A DNA stretch of 64,000 nt from Candidatus Jacksonbacteria bacterium RIFCSPLOWO2_02_FULL_44_20 (GTDB lineage Bacteria > Patescibacteriota > Patescibacteriia > UBA9629): contig MHJU01000005.1 in NCBI GenBank assembly GCA_001818155.1, positions 11,805 through 75,804 of the forward strand, in the 5' to 3' direction. Below the pieces are notes generated by a model. It was not told the origin of the DNA and did not search any database. It was given only the letters and a program-made list of their open reading frames with translations. Below, in pieces: positions 7,910-17,726 of this stretch. Each line of letters opens with the position of its first letter. Positions within the stretch are counted from its first letter, which is position 1. Made by a program: the position numbers and the translations under genes.

Positions 7910-8453
7910 TCGTCATAATCTCCTCTTCTTTACGCTTCCCCAGTTCGTCAATTTTTTCCGTATACTCGCGCGTAGTTTCGTTAAGTTTTTCTATTTCCGC
8001 AAACTTATGGTCCTCGCGAATTTCCTTATTTTTTTCTCTTGTTTCAATATCTTTTTTTGCCTCGTCGCGGATTTTGCGGATTTTGATGCGCTCTTCTTCA
8101 AGCATAGTATGCAGTTTTTTCACGATTCTATGCCGCGATTCTTCTGTTAATTCCGGAAGTTGTATCCGCAAAATATTTGTTTCCACAATTGGGTTGAACT
8201 CAAGCGCGGACTTGATAAGCCCTTTTTCTATATCTTTAATGATGCTTTTGTCCCATGGCTTGATGACGATCGTCCTTGGCTCGGGCGCGCTGATTGACGC
8301 AAGTTCTTTTAGATGCATCCGCGATCCGCCGTATACTTCAATTGTTATATCTTGAACAAGCGAGGGCGTTGCGCGCGATGTGCGGAGTTTTGAAAGTTCG
8401 GTTTTGAGTTGATCTATGATTTGGTTAAAATGCGATTCGTATTGGGTTATCAT
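7905..8453 (-). CDS. frr: Ribosome recycling factor
   Basis: LRTSRATPSL, IKPWDKS, LPELTEESR, IRKIR. Confidence 0.96.
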   Translation of the reverse strand: MITQYESHFNQIIDQLKTELSKLRTSRATPSLVQDITIEVYGGSRMHLKELASISAPEPRTIVIKPWDKSIIKDIEKGLIKSALEFNPIVETNILRIQLPELTEESRHRIVKKLHTMLEEERIKIRKIRDEAKKDIETREKNKEIREDHKFAEIEKLNETTREYTEKIDELGKRKEEEIMTI

Positions 8454-8476
8454 ATAGAAATGTAAATTTTTTATTT

Positions 8477-9559
8477 TTAATTCTTCCCCACTCCTATGTA
8501 TACAATATTTCCATCTAAATCATCAACAAGTATTTCAACAGGCTCGCCTTCAGTATACAAAGGCAGGGCGCTCCATGATTCTCCATTATTGACGCTTTTA
8601 AAGAGAGATTCTTTGGTCCCATAGTATAGCTCTTGTTCGCGCAAAGGGTTGAAGCCTATAGCGGTTACTGTTCCAGCACCAGAGCTTGAGAGAAGCGTTG
8701 GCGCGGTCCATGTTCCGCCGCTATCTTGAGAAATCAAAAGTCCGGCAGAGCTTGCAAGAAATAGGTGCGAGGGATTTTGTTGATTTATTTTGAACTGATG
8801 CACACGTTCGCTTCCTTTGAATGATTTTAATGCGTGGAGGATGTTCCAATTCACTCCCATGTCCTCGCTTTGGAAAACTCCCTCATATTCTGTTGCGATG
8901 TACATTTCATTTGGATTTTTTGAATTAATTATAAGATCCTTAATCGTTTTGACGCGTATTTTTTTCATCAATCTCCATGAAGCGCCATTGTCCTCGCTTC
9001 CAAACAATGATCCGTTTCGCGTTACGGCAAAAATGCGCGCAGAGAGAGAAGGATGAACTGCAATTGCCGCTATAAGATCGCCGCCAGTTTCAACAGGAAT
9101 TGAATTCCAGACTGTTCCTCCGTCTCTGCTTTGTAAAATTTTCGCGCCTTTGGCAAGATAGATTGTTCCGCGTTTTTCAGGATCAAGCGCAAATGCGTCA
9201 GCTTCCCCTTCAACAAGATTTTCCACGCTTTCACCTCCATTATAACTCACCCATAACCCTTTATTTTTTGAAAGCAGGTAAAGAGTGAGAGTGTCTTGCG
9301 GGTCAAATTGCAATCTTGAAATATTGAGATTGTCAACAGTTTCTTTTTCCGTTACGCGTCCTTTGAAAATAAATGATTTTCCTTTGTCCACTGATTTAAA
9401 TATGCCAATTCTTCTGTCGCGCTGAATATTCGCTGGCGTGTTTGAAGCGCGCGGTTCTCCTATTCTGATGCCGAAAGCCGTGCAACCGCTTGTTAATATC
9501 CAAATTGCGATAAAGACGGCGCATCTTTTGATGAAAGTTTTAATAAAATCGTGCTCCAT
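8477..9559 (-). CDS. BNR/Asp-box beta-propeller lipoprotein
   Basis: Lipobox-like LTSGC; repeated S-x-D/N-x-G-x-S/T-W boxes (SRDGGTVW, SEDNGASW, SQDSGGTW, SVNNGESW). Confidence 0.82.
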   Translation of the reverse strand: MEHDFIKTFIKRCAVFIAIWILTSGCTAFGIRIGEPRASNTPANIQRDRRIGIFKSVDKGKSFIFKGRVTEKETVDNLNISRLQFDPQDTLTLYLLSKNKGLWVSYNGGESVENLVEGEADAFALDPEKRGTIYLAKGAKILQSRDGGTVWNSIPVETGGDLIAAIAVHPSLSARIFAVTRNGSLFGSEDNGASWRLMKKIRVKTIKDLIINSKNPNEMYIATEYEGVFQSEDMGVNWNILHALKSFKGSERVHQFKINQQNPSHLFLASSAGLLISQDSGGTWTAPTLLSSSGAGTVTAIGFNPLREQELYYGTKESLFKSVNNGESWSALPLYTEGEPVEILVDDLDGNIVYIGVGKN

Positions 9560-10479
9560 AAAAGTTCCTCATTCACATTATGCCGTATGTCAGAGGTCAT
9601 TGCAAGGAGTTCATTTAATGCGCCAGTAACAGCCGAAAGCCTGATTTTTTTCCCAAGGTCATATAATTCGCGCGCGAGATACCTGTGAATAACATATTTT
9701 TTCCCTCCGATCTTATAGAGCAAAATGTCGCGTAAAAGACTGGCTGTGTACTCTCTAGTTTTTTCTCCCAATCGCTCTATTGTTTTTGGAGTAAGGACGA
9801 TTTGCTCGTGAAGAGGAGACGTAAGCAATTTCAAAATTTCCCGTTCGTCCTTTGCTCTTTCATGAATTATTTCCGGCGTAAGCGAGAGAGCCAAAGCGAT
9901 TTTTCCAGTTGTAATACGAGCTATGAACTCCTTTTGTTCGCTAGAATAGGTTTCTGGAAGCGCTTTTATGATTTCCGCGCGCGATACGTTGGAAAAAGTA
10001 ATAAGTTCGGTTCTAGATATGATTGTTTTTGCAATACCAGTTAGAACGTTCGCGATCAGAATAAATACAGTTTTTCCGTGCGGTTCCTCAAGCGTTTTCA
10101 AGATAGCATTTGCCGCCTCGGGCCCGAGCGCCTCTATTGGATCAATTATGACGATTTTATAAGAATTGTGGAGCGACGTGTGCGACAGAGCGAGTTTCAA
10201 AGTTCGTATTTCATCAATGCTGATGAGTGAAGTATGTGAACCAGCTTGTATATTATGAAAGTCTGGATAGATGCCTTTTTCAATTTCTACGCACGCGCGG
10301 CACATTTCGCATGGCGCTCCGCAAGATTTTTCGCATACTAACATTTTTCCAAACCAACGCGCGACAGTTGATTTTCCAACATGCTCCGGACCATAGAAGA
10401 GGTAGGCGTGAGAAACAGTCTTCGCAGACGATGTTTTAGAAAGATAAGCGAGGATTTTTTTATGGCCAACGATTTTCAT
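9493..10479 (-). CDS. holB: DNA polymerase III subunit delta'
   Basis: IVGH, HAYLFYGPEHVGK, CxxC zinc site, ANAILKTLEEP, TIISR. Confidence 0.92.
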   Translation of the reverse strand: MKIVGHKKILAYLSKTSSAKTVSHAYLFYGPEHVGKSTVARWFGKMLVCEKSCGAPCEMCRACVEIEKGIYPDFHNIQAGSHTSLISIDEIRTLKLALSHTSLHNSYKIVIIDPIEALGPEAANAILKTLEEPHGKTVFILIANVLTGIAKTIISRTELITFSNVSRAEIIKALPETYSSEQKEFIARITTGKIALALSLTPEIIHERAKDEREILKLLTSPLHEQIVLTPKTIERLGEKTREYTASLLRDILLYKIGGKKYVIHRYLARELYDLGKKIRLSAVTGALNELLAMTSDIRHNVNEELLWSTILLKLSSKDAPSLSQFGY

Positions 10480-10482
10480 TCT

Positions 10483-11493
10483 TTACTTAGTAGTTAAGAT
10501 AGATCTCTTATACGCGTCTAAATTATCAAGCGCTATGCCTGTTCCGCGCGCAACGCATAGAAGCGCGTCGTCTGCGATATATGCCTCAACTCCAGTTGTT
10601 TGTGTGATTAGTTTATCAAGATTCCGGAGAAGCGATGTTCCTCCTGAAAGAACCATTCCCTTGTCCATCACGTCTGCTGAAAGTTCCGGAGGCGTGTTAA
10701 ACAAAACGCTTTTTACCGCATTTATGATACCTTTTAACGGTTCTTGCATAGCTTCAGTTGTGTCGTTGGAGTTGATTTCAATAATTCGCGGGAGCCCGGT
10801 TAACATATCTCGCCCCATTACCTCCATTTTGATGGGTTCTTTTAAGTAGAGCGCCGAGCCGATTTTAATTTTTGCGGTTTCGGCAGTGCGTTCGCCAATT
10901 GCAAGGTTGTACTTTCGTTTGATATATTCGCCCAGCGCTTCGTCAAGTTTATTTCCGCCTATTCTGACCGATGTGTTTGTAACAATGCCGCCAAGCGAAA
11001 TCACAGCTATTTCAGAGGTTCCGCCTCCGATGTCTATAATCATATGTCCTGAAGCTGATCCGATCGGAATGTTCGCGCCGATCGCGGCCGCAATAGGCTC
11101 TTTAATAATATATGCGGCTTTGGCGCCCGCCGCGAGCGTCGCGTCAATCACAGCGCGTCTCTCGGTTGATGTAATACCGGCGGGAACAGCGATCATCACC
11201 TCCGGACGGAAAATTCTGAAACCGCCAAGCGCTTTGCCTATAAAATATCGGAGCATTGCCTCGGTGGTTTTATAGTCCGCGATCACTCCGTCTTTTAGCG
11301 GTTTTTTTGCGATGATCGTATCCGGAGTCCGCCCGAGCATTTCTTTTGCTTCGTTTCCAACCGCCAGTACCTCGTTATTTTTTGTGATCGCGACAACAGA
11401 CGGCTCATTAATAACAATGCCCCGCTTTGGAATATACACAAGCGTGTATGTTGTACCAAGGTCAATACCGATTTTTTTTATAAATAATGGCAT
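10483..11493 (-). CDS. mreB: Rod shape-determining protein MreB (paralogue 1)
   Basis: GIDLGT, EPSVVA, DIGGGTSEIAVISLGG, TPPELSAD. Confidence 0.96.
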   Translation of the reverse strand: MPLFIKKIGIDLGTTYTLVYIPKRGIVINEPSVVAITKNNEVLAVGNEAKEMLGRTPDTIIAKKPLKDGVIADYKTTEAMLRYFIGKALGGFRIFRPEVMIAVPAGITSTERRAVIDATLAAGAKAAYIIKEPIAAAIGANIPIGSASGHMIIDIGGGTSEIAVISLGGIVTNTSVRIGGNKLDEALGEYIKRKYNLAIGERTAETAKIKIGSALYLKEPIKMEVMGRDMLTGLPRIIEINSNDTTEAMQEPLKGIINAVKSVLFNTPPELSADVMDKGMVLSGGTSLLRNLDKLITQTTGVEAYIADDALLCVARGTGIALDNLDAYKRSILTTK

Positions 11494-11496
11494 GAA

Positions 11497-12294
11497 TTAG
11501 CGCGATTTCCACTTTTTTATATACTTCAGATGCGATGCTATATGTACTCTCGTCGTCTTATCAAATAAACTTTTCCACCATTTTTTCTGCGCCGAGAGGC
11601 GTTTGTGGTAATGAATCATAGCGACATTCGGGTAGTACCACACTTCGTAACCTGCGCCCCAAGTTTTACGGCACAAATCAATGTCTTCGCAGTACATAAA
11701 GTATCGTTCATCAAATCCTTCTATATCAGTCCATACATTTTTTTTAATCATGAAACACGCGCCTGCTAGCCAGTCAACTTTTTTAGGATGTCGTTTGTCG
11801 TAGTCGTTTATATCATATCTTAGAAGCTCGCGTCTGCCCAATAGAGTTCTTCCAAGTTTTGTCCGGCGATAAATTGGAGTTAGAAGTCTCGGCCATGCGC
11901 GGCACGATGGCTGAATGCTTAAGTCCGGATAAATAAGTTTTGGTCCAACAATTCCGTAGGCAGTGTTTTCAGTTAAAAAACGATACAAAGGAGTGATTGC
12001 GTCTTCCAAAAGCACGATGTCGGAATTGACGATCATAAAGACTTCTCCTTGAGCAGATTTTAGTCCAATATTGTGCCCGGCTCCAAATCCGACATTTTTT
12101 CCGCGAATAAGCCGCACTGTTTCATACTTTGGCAGAATTTCACGTTCAATTAAGTCCGCGCTCCCATCACGCGAGCCGTTGTCGGTGATGATGATTTCAT
12201 AGGAAAGCGAACTTTGTAATGAGCTCGCGCTTTTTACAAATTGCTTTACGAGATTTTTAGTATTGTAGTTGACGAGTGAAATGGATAGGTCCAT
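11497..12294 (-). CDS. Glycosyltransferase family 2
   Basis: VNYN, DNGSRDG, NVGFGAGHN, NSD, GFDERYFMYCEDIDLC. Confidence 0.93.
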   Translation of the reverse strand: MDLSISLVNYNTKNLVKQFVKSASSLQSSLSYEIIITDNGSRDGSADLIEREILPKYETVRLIRGKNVGFGAGHNIGLKSAQGEVFMIVNSDIVLLEDAITPLYRFLTENTAYGIVGPKLIYPDLSIQPSCRAWPRLLTPIYRRTKLGRTLLGRRELLRYDINDYDKRHPKKVDWLAGACFMIKKNVWTDIEGFDERYFMYCEDIDLCRKTWGAGYEVWYYPNVAMIHYHKRLSAQKKWWKSLFDKTTRVHIASHLKYIKKWKSR

Positions 12295-12315
12295 TGAGCA
12301 GTCTATTTACGAGCG

Positions 12316-13365
12316 TCACCGCAACCATTTTTCTATGTTTTTCCAGCCGTCTTTTCCGGATTGTTTTTTAATAAAAAGGCGTTTTTTTAGCATCTTCCGA
12401 AGATTTTTCGCGAAATCCGGCAATGCGCGAAGCGTTCGTGGTTCAAAAAACAGAACATAGAAAAATTTTGCAAGTTCGTATGGAATAATACGATGAGCGT
12501 GGCGGATGAAGATCGGAAACTGAAGATTTTTAATTAGAAAATATAAATGGTTGCGGTAGGAGTAAAAATTTACAAACGATGATTTTTTGCGCCGGTTTGG
12601 AATCGTTCCCATTTTTGCGGCCGCGGTCCGGTCGTGCCATGCGATAGCTCCTGGCACAAGATATGCGCTCCAGCCCAAAAGCCGCAGACGATACGCAAGA
12701 TCAACATCTTCTTTATAGATGAAAAAATCAGTGTCAAAGTATTCGTAAACCGTCGCTTGACGATTCTCGCCATAGAGTTTGCTTGATTCCTGAAACATCG
12801 GCGTTTTCACTACTTCAAGCGCGCTTCTTCTGTACATTGGAAGCGCTCCTGAAACGCCAAAAACCTCTCTAGGCTCTTTAATATCTTCATAATCACGCCA
12901 TTCAACCACTTTATGGGAATTGGTGAGTACCAGTCCAAGAGTGTCAATGCTATCAGTTTTGCAATTGGTGGTCAAATCCCAGCGAAAAATCATTCCGCTT
13001 GCCGCGGCCGCATCTTTACGCGCGTCCAAAAAGTTCGTTAACTCTTCTAAATAGCGATCGCCTAGAATCACATCCTGATTCATCATAAAAACGTAGTCGC
13101 TTCTACTCCAGTGGATGGCATGGTTATGCGCCGGCGCAAAGCCGTCGTTCTTGCGATTTTTTATAAGTGTTGTAACAGATGAGAGTTCTTTATGAGACGG
13201 ATCTTCTAAAAATTGTTCAATGAAGGCAATGCTTTCATCATGCGAATGATTGTCAATAATCAACACTGAAAAATCTCTAAACGTCTGGTTCGCAATTGAG
13301 GAAAGAGCAAACGGCAGATATTTTTCCCCGTTATAGACGATGAGGTTTATGGATACTCTGGGCAT
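12316..13365 (-). CDS. Glycosyltransferase family 2
   Basis: Start moved to ATG 13365 (MPRVSINLIVYNG); DNHSHD, NDGFAPAHN, NQDV, YKEDVDLAYR. Confidence 0.92.
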   Translation of the reverse strand: MPRVSINLIVYNGEKYLPFALSSIANQTFRDFSVLIIDNHSHDESIAFIEQFLEDPSHKELSSVTTLIKNRKNDGFAPAHNHAIHWSRSDYVFMMNQDVILGDRYLEELTNFLDARKDAAAASGMIFRWDLTTNCKTDSIDTLGLVLTNSHKVVEWRDYEDIKEPREVFGVSGALPMYRRSALEVVKTPMFQESSKLYGENRQATVYEYFDTDFFIYKEDVDLAYRLRLLGWSAYLVPGAIAWHDRTAAAKMGTIPNRRKKSSFVNFYSYRNHLYFLIKNLQFPIFIRHAHRIIPYELAKFFYVLFFEPRTLRALPDFAKNLRKMLKKRLFIKKQSGKDGWKNIEKWLR

Positions 13366-13374
13366 ATATGATTG

Positions 13375-13394
13375 CCTGCCTGACGGTAGGCAGG
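13375..13394. repeat. Dispersed 20-bp imperfect palindrome, copy 1 (CCTGCCTGACGGTAGGCAGG)
   Basis: Read directly; related copies at 41147, 43817 and 50694. Confidence 0.85.
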
Positions 13395-15659
13395 TTATGA
13401 CTTTTTTGTCTGTGATGAGCGAAACATCGCATCTGATAGAAGAAGATACCCGATTCCGAGCGGATGATTTAGAAACGGCGTGAAAAAGTGGACAACGACA
13501 AGCGCGATGATACCGGCTGTTAATCCGATGGACATATTCCATCCGCGTTTAACAATATCAAAAATCAGCGCGAGATAGGCAATCATCCCAAGAAAGCCAA
13601 GTTTATACCACACATCCAGCCAGCCCCATTCAAACGCAAATGTAGTGTAGTAGGGGTTGTTTGGATGCGCGGCAAGATAGCGCGGGTCAGTTGTTTTATA
13701 CGTAACAGTTGCGCCAAACCCGGAGCCAAGGAGCGAGTGGCGTTGTATCGCTTCTTTTAGCGGTGAAAGCAGAGCTTTGCGGCTCCGGACTGCCGATTCT
13801 TCAGTTTCTGTCGCCCGATCCGGCAGTGATGCAATCGCTTTGAGCCCTGGAATTTTTCCGATCGGAATAATAAGTATGACAGCAATTAAAGTTACGCTTG
13901 TTATAAGGCATAGCGCAAGAATGAAAGCACGATGCAAAGTTTTCTTAATCAGTGCGTGAAAATGGGTTAGATATAGATATGTAAACCATATAAACCCTAT
14001 AACTCCGCCAACCCAGAATGATCGCGAGAGATTAACAAGTAGTATTGTGATTATTGCGACGCATAGAAGCCAAATTTTCACGGCGTCCTTTTTTTCTTGT
14101 TTGTTTTCTAGAAAATGCGCTATGAAGACAAAAAAACCGGTAAGCGCCCATATCCCGCTTTGCATAAATACGCGATAAAAATTGTATTTATACAAACCAA
14201 CCTCAATGATGCGCTGATCGCGGAACCAGCCGTATACCGGAACCAGCATTCGCCAGAAAATATCAATATGGCTGTAGAAAAAAAGCAGGAGCGTTACCGC
14301 GATGAATTGCCACACAAGCGCCGCGGCCCAGATGGTGAATAAAAAAGTAGTTTGTAGCTTATTTTTGAAAGCCGTTATGAATACAGGAAGAAGCAGAAAA
14401 AAGAGATAGCCGTTGAAATCTTGATAGAGAAATGAGCGGTTATTATGAGAGAGAAACGCATTTATAATTCCCCATGCAATAACTAATCCAAATACAATAT
14501 AGAATTTATAATTCTTCAACAATAATTTGACATTTGGTATCTTTAATGCCCAAACACCGAGTAAAACAGAAAACAATCCAATCCTAAGAGAAAGCCGGAA
14601 CCCGCTGACATATACATCAAACAAGTGTCCTTGCGAAGAGATCATAAGTTCCGCAAGGAGGATATAGACGCCCCATAAAAGATGCCGCCATGCGATAAGC
14701 GCGGCAGACGCGAGAATTAAAATAAAACCTAACCAATTTACGATCGGAGATGAAAACGCAAAAAATGAGAGGAGATTTATAGATGCGATAATGAAGAGAG
14801 TTTTAGAAAATAGCGATCTGTTGAACATCATTATCAGCGATATTAGAACAGCAAGCCAACTTGCAAGCGTAATTACACAGTATGCAATTATTGAGTTGTG
14901 CTTTTTGAAATAGTTGCGCAAACTGCGATTCCACATTTCCTGTTTTGCAAAAGGCATTACTTGTTTGAAACTTTGTCCGTAATGATGGATTACGTTTGCT
15001 AGAGGAGCATACCATATTTCATAACCCCGATCTCGCGCGCGGAGGCAAAAGTCAACCTCTTCAAACCAGTTCCAAAAATTGCGTTCGTCGAGCTCGCCAA
15101 GATTTTCAATCACAGAACGTCGTATCATAAAAAACGCGCCCATTACCTGATCAACTTTGGATTCTTTTCTGTAATCAAAATCATGCGCCAAGTAACTGGA
15201 CAGAAGTTTTGGGAATAAATGATGCAGTTTCAGAAGAATAATGGTCTGATCAAGGAGCCGAGGGAAACGCCGCACCGAATTTTGATGTGAGAGATCGGTG
15301 TTTAATAAGTGACACCCTGCAATGCCGCATTCTCTCTTTTCGTCCATCCACTTTGTCATCAGCGAAAGAGCATCGTTTGTAAGTTCAGTATCCGGATTTA
15401 GGAGAAGCACATATCTTCCGCCCGCCCTTTTAATTCCTTGATTATTCGCGCCGGCAAATCCGCGATTCACGACGTTTGCAATACAGGTAAGGCCTGGAAA
15501 TTCAAGCCGTATCATCTCTACAGCGCCGTCATGCGATCCGTTGTCAATAACAAAAATCTCGAAGGAGATCCCTCGAGTGTGTTTGTAAATGGACTGCAGG
15601 CATTTTTGCAACAAATCGCGAGTGTTCCAACTGACGATGATGATTGATACATCCATCAT
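13395..15659 (-). CDS. GT2 glycosyltransferase fused to an O-antigen ligase/Wzy_C-like membrane domain
   Basis: Start ATG 15659 (MMDVSIIIVSWN). GT2 motifs (DNGSHDG, NRGFAGANN, LNPD, EEVDFC), then about 12 TM segments with LSRSFWVG, S..SR, LLGSGFG. Confidence 0.85.
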   Translation of the reverse strand: MMDVSIIIVSWNTRDLLQKCLQSIYKHTRGISFEIFVIDNGSHDGAVEMIRLEFPGLTCIANVVNRGFAGANNQGIKRAGGRYVLLLNPDTELTNDALSLMTKWMDEKRECGIAGCHLLNTDLSHQNSVRRFPRLLDQTIILLKLHHLFPKLLSSYLAHDFDYRKESKVDQVMGAFFMIRRSVIENLGELDERNFWNWFEEVDFCLRARDRGYEIWYAPLANVIHHYGQSFKQVMPFAKQEMWNRSLRNYFKKHNSIIAYCVITLASWLAVLISLIMMFNRSLFSKTLFIIASINLLSFFAFSSPIVNWLGFILILASAALIAWRHLLWGVYILLAELMISSQGHLFDVYVSGFRLSLRIGLFSVLLGVWALKIPNVKLLLKNYKFYIVFGLVIAWGIINAFLSHNNRSFLYQDFNGYLFFLLLPVFITAFKNKLQTTFLFTIWAAALVWQFIAVTLLLFFYSHIDIFWRMLVPVYGWFRDQRIIEVGLYKYNFYRVFMQSGIWALTGFFVFIAHFLENKQEKKDAVKIWLLCVAIITILLVNLSRSFWVGGVIGFIWFTYLYLTHFHALIKKTLHRAFILALCLITSVTLIAVILIIPIGKIPGLKAIASLPDRATETEESAVRSRKALLSPLKEAIQRHSLLGSGFGATVTYKTTDPRYLAAHPNNPYYTTFAFEWGWLDVWYKLGFLGMIAYLALIFDIVKRGWNMSIGLTAGIIALVVVHFFTPFLNHPLGIGYLLLSDAMFRSSQTKKS

Positions 15660-15660
15660 A

Positions 15661-17589
15661 TTATACGTCCAAATTTTTGACGTCTTTCGCGTGTGTTTGA
15701 ATAAATTTTTTTCGCGGCGCAACCTCGCTTCCCATTAAGATATCAAAAATGTTATCAGCTTCTTCAGCGTCCTCAATCATTACCCGTTTCAAAATGCGGT
15801 TTTCCGGATTAAGCGTTGTGTCCCAAAGTTGATCCGGGTTCATTTCTCCCAAACCCTTGTATCGCTGAATTGTAACTTCGCTCCCGAATGTTTTAAGCAT
15901 TTGCGCGAGTTCGGAATCGTTATAAACCCAGTGGGCTTGTTTTCCTTTTTCAACGCGATATAACGGCGGCTGGGCGATGTACACGTATCCGCCTTCAATC
16001 ATCGGCTTAAAGTAACGATAAAAGAGCGTCAGGATGAGCGTGCGTATATGCGCGCCGTCAACATCAGCGTCTGTCATAATCACCACTTTGTGATAGCGCA
16101 ATTTTAGAACGTCCAATTGATCGCCGATATTTGCGCCAAGAGCGATCACAAGGGATTTCAGTTCTTTGTTCCCGAGCAGTTTGTCGAGCCGAGCGCGTTC
16201 AACATTCAGAATTTTTCCGCGCAATGGGAGTACTGCCTGAAAATGCCGATCTCTCCCCTGCTTTGTTGATCCGCCGGCGGAATCTCCCTCAACTATATAA
16301 AGCTCTGATTCTGACGGATGTTTTGAAATGCAATCCGCGAGTTTCCCCGGAAGCCCAAATCCTTCAAGCGCGCCTTTTCTTATAACAGCCTCCCGCGCGG
16401 CTTTTGCGGCATTACGGGCTCTTTGAGAGAGAACGCATTGTGAAACAATTTGCTGGGCATCAGCCGGATGCTCTTCAAGCCATGCGGTAAGCCCTTCGGT
16501 GCAAATTTGTTCAACAACTCCACGCACCTCGGCATTGCCCAATTTTGCTTTTGTCTGGCCTTCAAACTGCGGCTCCGGCACTTTTACGCTTACAATCGCG
16601 GTTACTCCTTCGCGCACGTCCTCGGCAGTAAGGTTTTCGTCCTTGATAGAAATTAGCCCTTTTTCGCGTCCGTATGTGTTTACAGTGCGCGTGAGCGCGG
16701 ACTTAAAACCAGTCAAGTGCATTCCGCCCTCCGGAGTGTGGATATTGTTTGCGAACGTAAAAATCGCCTCCTTGTAACTTTCAGTGTACTGGAGCGCGAT
16801 TTCAACATTAATGTCTTCAAGCGTCTTTGAAACGTAAAAAACATTTGCGTTTCGCGGCGTTATATTGCGGTTTAAGTGCGCGACATAAGAGGCAACCCCG
16901 CCTTCAAAATAAAAGTTATAAGTTTTGAATTCAGAGTGTTCGCGCTCGTCGCGATAGCGAATCGTGATGCCTTTTGTGAGATACGCCTGCCTGCGCAAAT
17001 GATCCAAGATGAACTTTGCGTCAAATTCAAGCGTAGTGAATATTTTCGGATCAGCTCTAAAAATTATTGTTGTGCCGGTTTCTGCTTTTTTTGCCTCGCC
17101 TACAGCGCGAACTTTTGTTTTTGGAATCCCGCGCTCGTATATTTGTTCATAAATTTTTCCGTCCCGCTGTACGCGCGCAACGAGCCGTTCGGAGAGCGCG
17201 TTTACAACCGATACGCCAACTCCGTGAAGGCCGCCGGACACTTTGTAGCTTCCTTGTCCGAACTTGCCTCCGGCGTGAAGTTTGGTCATAACAGTTTCCA
17301 AAGCCGAAAGTCCGGTCTGTTTGTGCTTGTCAACCGGAATGCCGCGTCCGTTGTCTTCAACCATCACATCGCCGTTTTGTTTGAGCGTGATTGAAATTGT
17401 GTCGCAAAATCCAGCCATTGCCTCGTCAATTGAGTTGTCAACCACTTCCCAGATCATGTGGTGCAGTCCTTCTCGGTCGGTATTTCCGATATACATCCCC
17501 GGGCGTTTTTTTACAGGATCAAGCCCTTCTAAAACAGTGATTTTTTCCGCGGTATAATCGTTTGTTTGAGGTTTAATTTTTGGTGCCAT
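15661..17589 (-). CDS. gyrB: DNA gyrase subunit B
   Basis: KRPGMYIG, EVVDNSIDE, GLHGVGVSVVNALS, VEGDSAGGS, PLRGK, DADVDG, RYKGLGEM. Confidence 0.98.
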   Translation of the reverse strand: MAPKIKPQTNDYTAEKITVLEGLDPVKKRPGMYIGNTDREGLHHMIWEVVDNSIDEAMAGFCDTISITLKQNGDVMVEDNGRGIPVDKHKQTGLSALETVMTKLHAGGKFGQGSYKVSGGLHGVGVSVVNALSERLVARVQRDGKIYEQIYERGIPKTKVRAVGEAKKAETGTTIIFRADPKIFTTLEFDAKFILDHLRRQAYLTKGITIRYRDEREHSEFKTYNFYFEGGVASYVAHLNRNITPRNANVFYVSKTLEDINVEIALQYTESYKEAIFTFANNIHTPEGGMHLTGFKSALTRTVNTYGREKGLISIKDENLTAEDVREGVTAIVSVKVPEPQFEGQTKAKLGNAEVRGVVEQICTEGLTAWLEEHPADAQQIVSQCVLSQRARNAAKAAREAVIRKGALEGFGLPGKLADCISKHPSESELYIVEGDSAGGSTKQGRDRHFQAVLPLRGKILNVERARLDKLLGNKELKSLVIALGANIGDQLDVLKLRYHKVVIMTDADVDGAHIRTLILTLFYRYFKPMIEGGYVYIAQPPLYRVEKGKQAHWVYNDSELAQMLKTFGSEVTIQRYKGLGEMNPDQLWDTTLNPENRILKRVMIEDAEEADNIFDILMGSEVAPRKKFIQTHAKDVKNLDV

Positions 17590-17599
17590 AGTAGAAATC

Positions 17600-17628
17600 A
17601 GTGTATCAGTTTTTGAGATGTTTGTCTA
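17600..17628 (-). promoter_or_regulatory. Putative gyrB promoter
   Basis: TAGACA-17nt-TACACT with extended -10 TG, 10 nt from the ATG. Confidence 0.55.
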
Positions 17629-17682
17629 CAATATGTATCAGTCCATAACCTTGCCTGTATACAATATCCCTATCCTTTTTTG

Positions 17683-17711
17683 TTGCAAAAAAAGACGAAT
17701 AGTTCTATACT
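17683..17711 (+). promoter_or_regulatory. Putative promoter of the secreted hydrolase gene
   Basis: TTGCAA-17nt-TATACT. Confidence 0.55.
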
Positions 17712-17726
17712 CTCTTCATAGAAGAT

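Noticed and set aside
13366-13542. 59-aa N-terminal extension of the GT2 ORF
   Set aside because: Overlaps the upstream gene and reads through the palindromic element; GT2 homology starts at 13365.
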